Source of the DNA: an uncultured Clostridia bacterium
Lineage (GTDB): Bacteria > Bacillota > DTU025 > MWDF01
Assembly (NCBI GenBank): GCA_964577435.1
Contig: CAZNZD010000003.1
Span: forward strand, 1-62,294
DNA: 62,294 bases
Direction of reading: 5' to 3'
Positions 59,061-62,294 of the stretch are shown here, in pieces. The notes beneath the pieces are model-generated. The model searched no databases. It was not told the DNA's origin and was given only the letters and a program-made list of their open reading frames with translations. Every line of letters begins with the position of its first letter. The stretch's first letter is position 1. Position numbers and translations under genes: made by a program.

Positions 59061-62000
59061 TTATTCCTCCTGTAGGCTTCCTGAGAGCACCTTCTCAACC
59101 TTTTCGTGAAGCTGAGCCATCGTGAAAGGTTTCTGCAGGAAGCCGATGCCTTTATCTATCGACATGCGCTTTTCTATCGCCTCCGGGAAATGCCCCGATA
59201 TGAACATGATCCTGATGCCGGGCACCGTCGACTTGACCGCCTCGGCCAGCTCCGATCCATTCATCTCGGGCATTATCAGGTCGCTTATCAGAAGGGCGAT
59301 GTCCTTCCTCTGCTTTACAAGCTCTATAGCCTGGGTCGGCGTCTCTGCGGTCACCACGCTGTAGCCGCCCCTCTCCAGCATTGTCTTTGCAAGCCTGAGT
59401 ATCGCAGGCTCATCCTCGACAAGTAGTATCAAATCGCCTTTGCCCTCCGGTTGCGTCCTGCCCTCCTGGCTCCTTGCTTCCTTCCTGTCAGTGTACCTTG
59501 GCAGATAGACCTTGAAGGTAGAGCCTTTGTCGGGCAAGCTTTCCACCTCGACGAAGCCACCGTTTTGCCTGACGGTGCCATAAAGTATGGCCATGTTCAT
59601 GCTGCCTGCAGGGTCCGACTTGTTCGGCGAGAAGGGTTCGAAGACACTTGCGAGCTCCTCATCATTGAGCCCCTTGCCGTCGTCTTCGACCTTGATCACC
59701 ACAAAATCGCCACCTCTGCTTCCTCCCCGACTTGCCGCGGTTTCCGGCCCAACTTTCTCCATCGAGGTTGAAACGGAGATCTCCCCTGCCCCCTGCACTG
59801 CCTTGTTTGCCCTTGTGCAAAGGTCCGACAGCACCTGTTCGGCTTGTCCCTTGTCCATCATCACATATGATATGCCCTTACCAGGTGCCCATGAGATCGA
59901 TACTTCCTTGCCCAGCTTGCCCCTGCAGCTTTCGAGCTTGCCTTCAATAAGGTCGTTTAGGTCTATCAGCTCTGGACTTATGCTCTGCTTGCCTGCGAAA
60001 GCGAACAGCTGCTTGGTCGTAGCCGATGCCCTCAGTGCAGCCTCGTGTATCGCCTCCAGGCTGCTGTGGCATTCATCGGTGGCCTCTGACTGCTCTAAAG
60101 CGATCTCCGAGTTACCGATGATGACACCCAGCATGTTGTTATAATCATGCGCGATACCCTCAGCCAGCCTGCCGATCGACTCCATCTTCTGCGATTGTGC
60201 GTACAGGCCCTGCAACCTTTGGTTCTCCTCCAGCATGGCCCTGCTCGCCTCATCGTTCTTGATTGCATGCAACCCGAATGATATGTCGTTTGCCATCTCC
60301 GCGAACAACGCCTTCTCCTCGTTGTCCACCAAGCTCTCACTCGCCGATATCACCACGAAGTAGCCGTAATCGGTCCCGGCGTAGGACAACTTGGCGCAGA
60401 GCCCTCTCATCCCTTCGCCGCCCTCGCACCCATCCAACGCCTTATCAAGCAGCATTATCCCTTCCTTTGCCTCTTGCGCCCTTCTGAAGCATTCGGGGTA
60501 GCTTCCGGCGGCGACTCCTATTGCAAGCTTCTCAAGGCATCCTCCCTTGATTCCCGAGCTCCACATCCTGTAGATGCCGTCATCACCTCTAAGGACGATC
60601 AAGGAATCGGCGTACCCATGGTCCCTTACCAGTATTCGGGTCGCTTCGGTTATCAGGGATTCGGGATCTTTCACCCTGGTAAGAAGCTTGCCGATGTTTC
60701 TTATGGAGCTTAACACCCTGTTCATGTGGGTGATCCTGTTTAACATCTGCATCGTTTCCGTGATGTCCTGCAATGATCCATGGAGGCCTTTTACCTTGCC
60801 ATCATGGCTCCTGTTTGCCTGAATCCTAATAAGCAGCATCCTGCCTGCGGCTTCTCCCTCCGAGACGGAGATGTTCAGGCTCTTGCTTTCGCCGGAGGCA
60901 ACGACTTCCTCGAAGGATTCCCTTAATGCATCCAGAGTCGATGTCCCGAACACCTCTGCTAGTTTGAAGAACGGTGCGATGTCCGGAGCCGGGACTTTCC
61001 CCAGGATCCTGAACACCTCATCCGAGCAGTTCATCTTCTCCGAACCCTTCTCCCACTCCCAGCTTCCGATGTGGGATATCGACTCCGTCTCCGAGAGCAT
61101 GGACTGATTCTTGGTTATCTCATCCTCAGATAGTTTGCGCTCCGTCACATCATGGTAGACTTCCAGAGACGAGACCGACCCATCTTCGTTTACCAATGGG
61201 ATGTCGGTTACGTCATAATAGCAACCGTTTCGCTCAAAATACTTGCCCATCCTGATTATCTTCCCAGGAATTGACATCTCGTGCCTGCATCTTGTGCACT
61301 TCTGTTCCAGCTCGTTGAGGTATTGGTAGCATTTCCTGCCCGCAGGGTCGCCGAACTGCTTGATCATCACCGGATTTGCGTACTCCACCTCGTAATCGGC
61401 GTTTACGATGCACACACCGCTTGGAAACTCGTCCAGGATCTGGTTCATCCTCTTCTGTTGCTTGTCAAGCGCCTTCTGCGTCCTTTTTAGGTCTGTTATC
61501 TCGAGCATTGCTCCCACGCTGCCGAGGGCCTTTCCCTTGTCGTCCCTGTATATGGACTTAGTAACCAGGTAACTTGCCTCCTGGCCGTCTGATCCTGTTA
61601 TCGACGCCTCATAGGTCGGGACGGTCCTTTGACCGGGGAGGAGCTCGTCCCACCTGGAAAGGACCTCACGAAGCTGCCCGCTCGCAACTTCATCGTCCTT
61701 CTTTCCCTTCATCTGCTCCGAGCTAAGGCCGACCAGCTGTGCGAAGGACCTGTTGCAGCCGAGATACTTTCCGTCGGGATCCTTGAAGAAGACCGGAGCT
61801 GCAATGGAATCGATGACGTCATCTAGCAGCTTGCCGCTTGCCTTGAGCTGCTCTGTCCTAAGTCCAACCTGCTCTCTTAGCGTCCTCACCCAAACAAGGG
61901 CAAGAAGCCCAAGGGCGGCGAAGGGAAGGATGCCGATCAAGGCGAACTTGACCAGGGAAGCGGCATCAAAGCTCTTCGGCTCGTAGACTCCGAGCCATTT

Positions 62001-62294
62001 ATCATATAGCTTCCTCAGCTCGCCGCTCTCTTCAAGGGCTTTGAGTCCCTCGTCGATTATGTTGACAAGGGCCAAGTTGCCCTTGCTCACCGCTATAGCG
62101 TATCCGGCGCTCCAAAAGGATTTCGTCCCTACGATAAGGTTCTCGATGCCTTCCTCCCTTATGACGCTCCTTGCTACCGTTCCGATCAGCATCGCGTAGT
62201 CACCTTCGCCTGAGGAGAGCATCTCAATGGCCTTCACGTGGGATTCCGCAAGTATAAGCGAAACATCCTCACCGCTGCTTGTAAGAAGGTTATG
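59061..62294 (-). CDS. Hybrid sensor histidine kinase/response regulator: periplasmic amino-acid-binding (SBP family 3) domain, TM, PAS/GAF, HisKA, HATPase-like, REC; 5' end outside the window
   Basis: Frame is open to the window edge. GLKALEESGELRKLYDKW (SBP3 end), IAHDYNNML H-box, LLVEDE...SDLIMPEMNG...LQKPF receiver. Confidence 0.9.
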   Translation of the reverse strand, partial: HNLLTSSGEDVSLILAESHVKAIEMLSSGEGDYAMLIGTVARSVIREEGIENLIVGTKSFWSAGYAIAVSKGNLALVNIIDEGLKALEESGELRKLYDKWLGVYEPKSFDAASLVKFALIGILPFAALGLLALVWVRTLREQVGLRTEQLKASGKLLDDVIDSIAAPVFFKDPDGKYLGCNRSFAQLVGLSSEQMKGKKDDEVASGQLREVLSRWDELLPGQRTVPTYEASITGSDGQEASYLVTKSIYRDDKGKALGSVGAMLEITDLKRTQKALDKQQKRMNQILDEFPSGVCIVNADYEVEYANPVMIKQFGDPAGRKCYQYLNELEQKCTRCRHEMSIPGKIIRMGKYFERNGCYYDVTDIPLVNEDGSVSSLEVYHDVTERKLSEDEITKNQSMLSETESISHIGSWEWEKGSEKMNCSDEVFRILGKVPAPDIAPFFKLAEVFGTSTLDALRESFEEVVASGESKSLNISVSEGEAAGRMLLIRIQANRSHDGKVKGLHGSLQDITETMQMLNRITHMNRVLSSIRNIGKLLTRVKDPESLITEATRILVRDHGYADSLIVLRGDDGIYRMWSSGIKGGCLEKLAIGVAAGSYPECFRRAQEAKEGIMLLDKALDGCEGGEGMRGLCAKLSYAGTDYGYFVVISASESLVDNEEKALFAEMANDISFGLHAIKNDEASRAMLEENQRLQGLYAQSQKMESIGRLAEGIAHDYNNMLGVIIGNSEIALEQSEATDECHSSLEAIHEAALRASATTKQLFAFAGKQSISPELIDLNDLIEGKLESCRGKLGKEVSISWAPGKGISYVMMDKGQAEQVLSDLCTRANKAVQGAGEISVSTSMEKVGPETAASRGGSRGGDFVVIKVEDDGKGLNDEELASVFEPFSPNKSDPAGSMNMAILYGTVRQNGGFVEVESLPDKGSTFKVYLPRYTDRKEARSQEGRTQPEGKGDLILLVEDEPAILRLAKTMLERGGYSVVTAETPTQAIELVKQRKDIALLISDLIMPEMNGSELAEAVKSTVPGIRIMFISGHFPEAIEKRMSIDKGIGFLQKPFTMAQLHEKVEKVLSGSLQEE

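Overview
A 62.3-kb, GC-rich, gene-dense chromosomal window from a probably anaerobic, amino-acid-fermenting bacterium (inference). Its housekeeping genes look Bacillota-like, but an OMP-type beta-barrel gene suggests a diderm envelope. Contents in order: a split methylmalonyl-CoA mutase operon (mutase, B12-binding subunit, MeaB, epimerase); an envelope cluster (small beta-barrel, lipoprotein, 1465-aa secreted beta-repeat protein); a class V aminotransferase, a ThiF-like protein, a split UxaA-family lyase, MATE and LysE transporters; a five-gene FAD/Fe-S amino-acid dehydrogenase cluster; ftsH, tilS and lpdA; gcvT-H-PA-PB followed directly by LipS1/LipS2-type radical SAM genes and a lipoyl/octanoyl ligase; folD, murD, glycerate kinase and cca; an ECF sigma, anti-sigma, HtrA operon with a recognisable ECF promoter; three tRNAs (Thr-CGT, Gly-CCC, Asp-GTC); and a c-di-GMP/two-component cluster. 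The most striking observation is that the minus-strand ORFs 36479..36952 and 35861..36448 lie in one frame, separated by a single TGA in a Cys-Asp-Thr-TGA (CxxU) context. A bacterial SECIS-like hairpin follows immediately, pointing to an exported 363-aa beta-propeller selenoprotein. Also notable: the giant ~52-aa beta-repeat protein, a resolvase homolog lacking its catalytic residues, and a hybrid kinase with a degenerate ATP-binding domain. No CRISPR array, rRNA or intact mobile element was seen. Family assignments come from motif recognition by eye, not from database searches.
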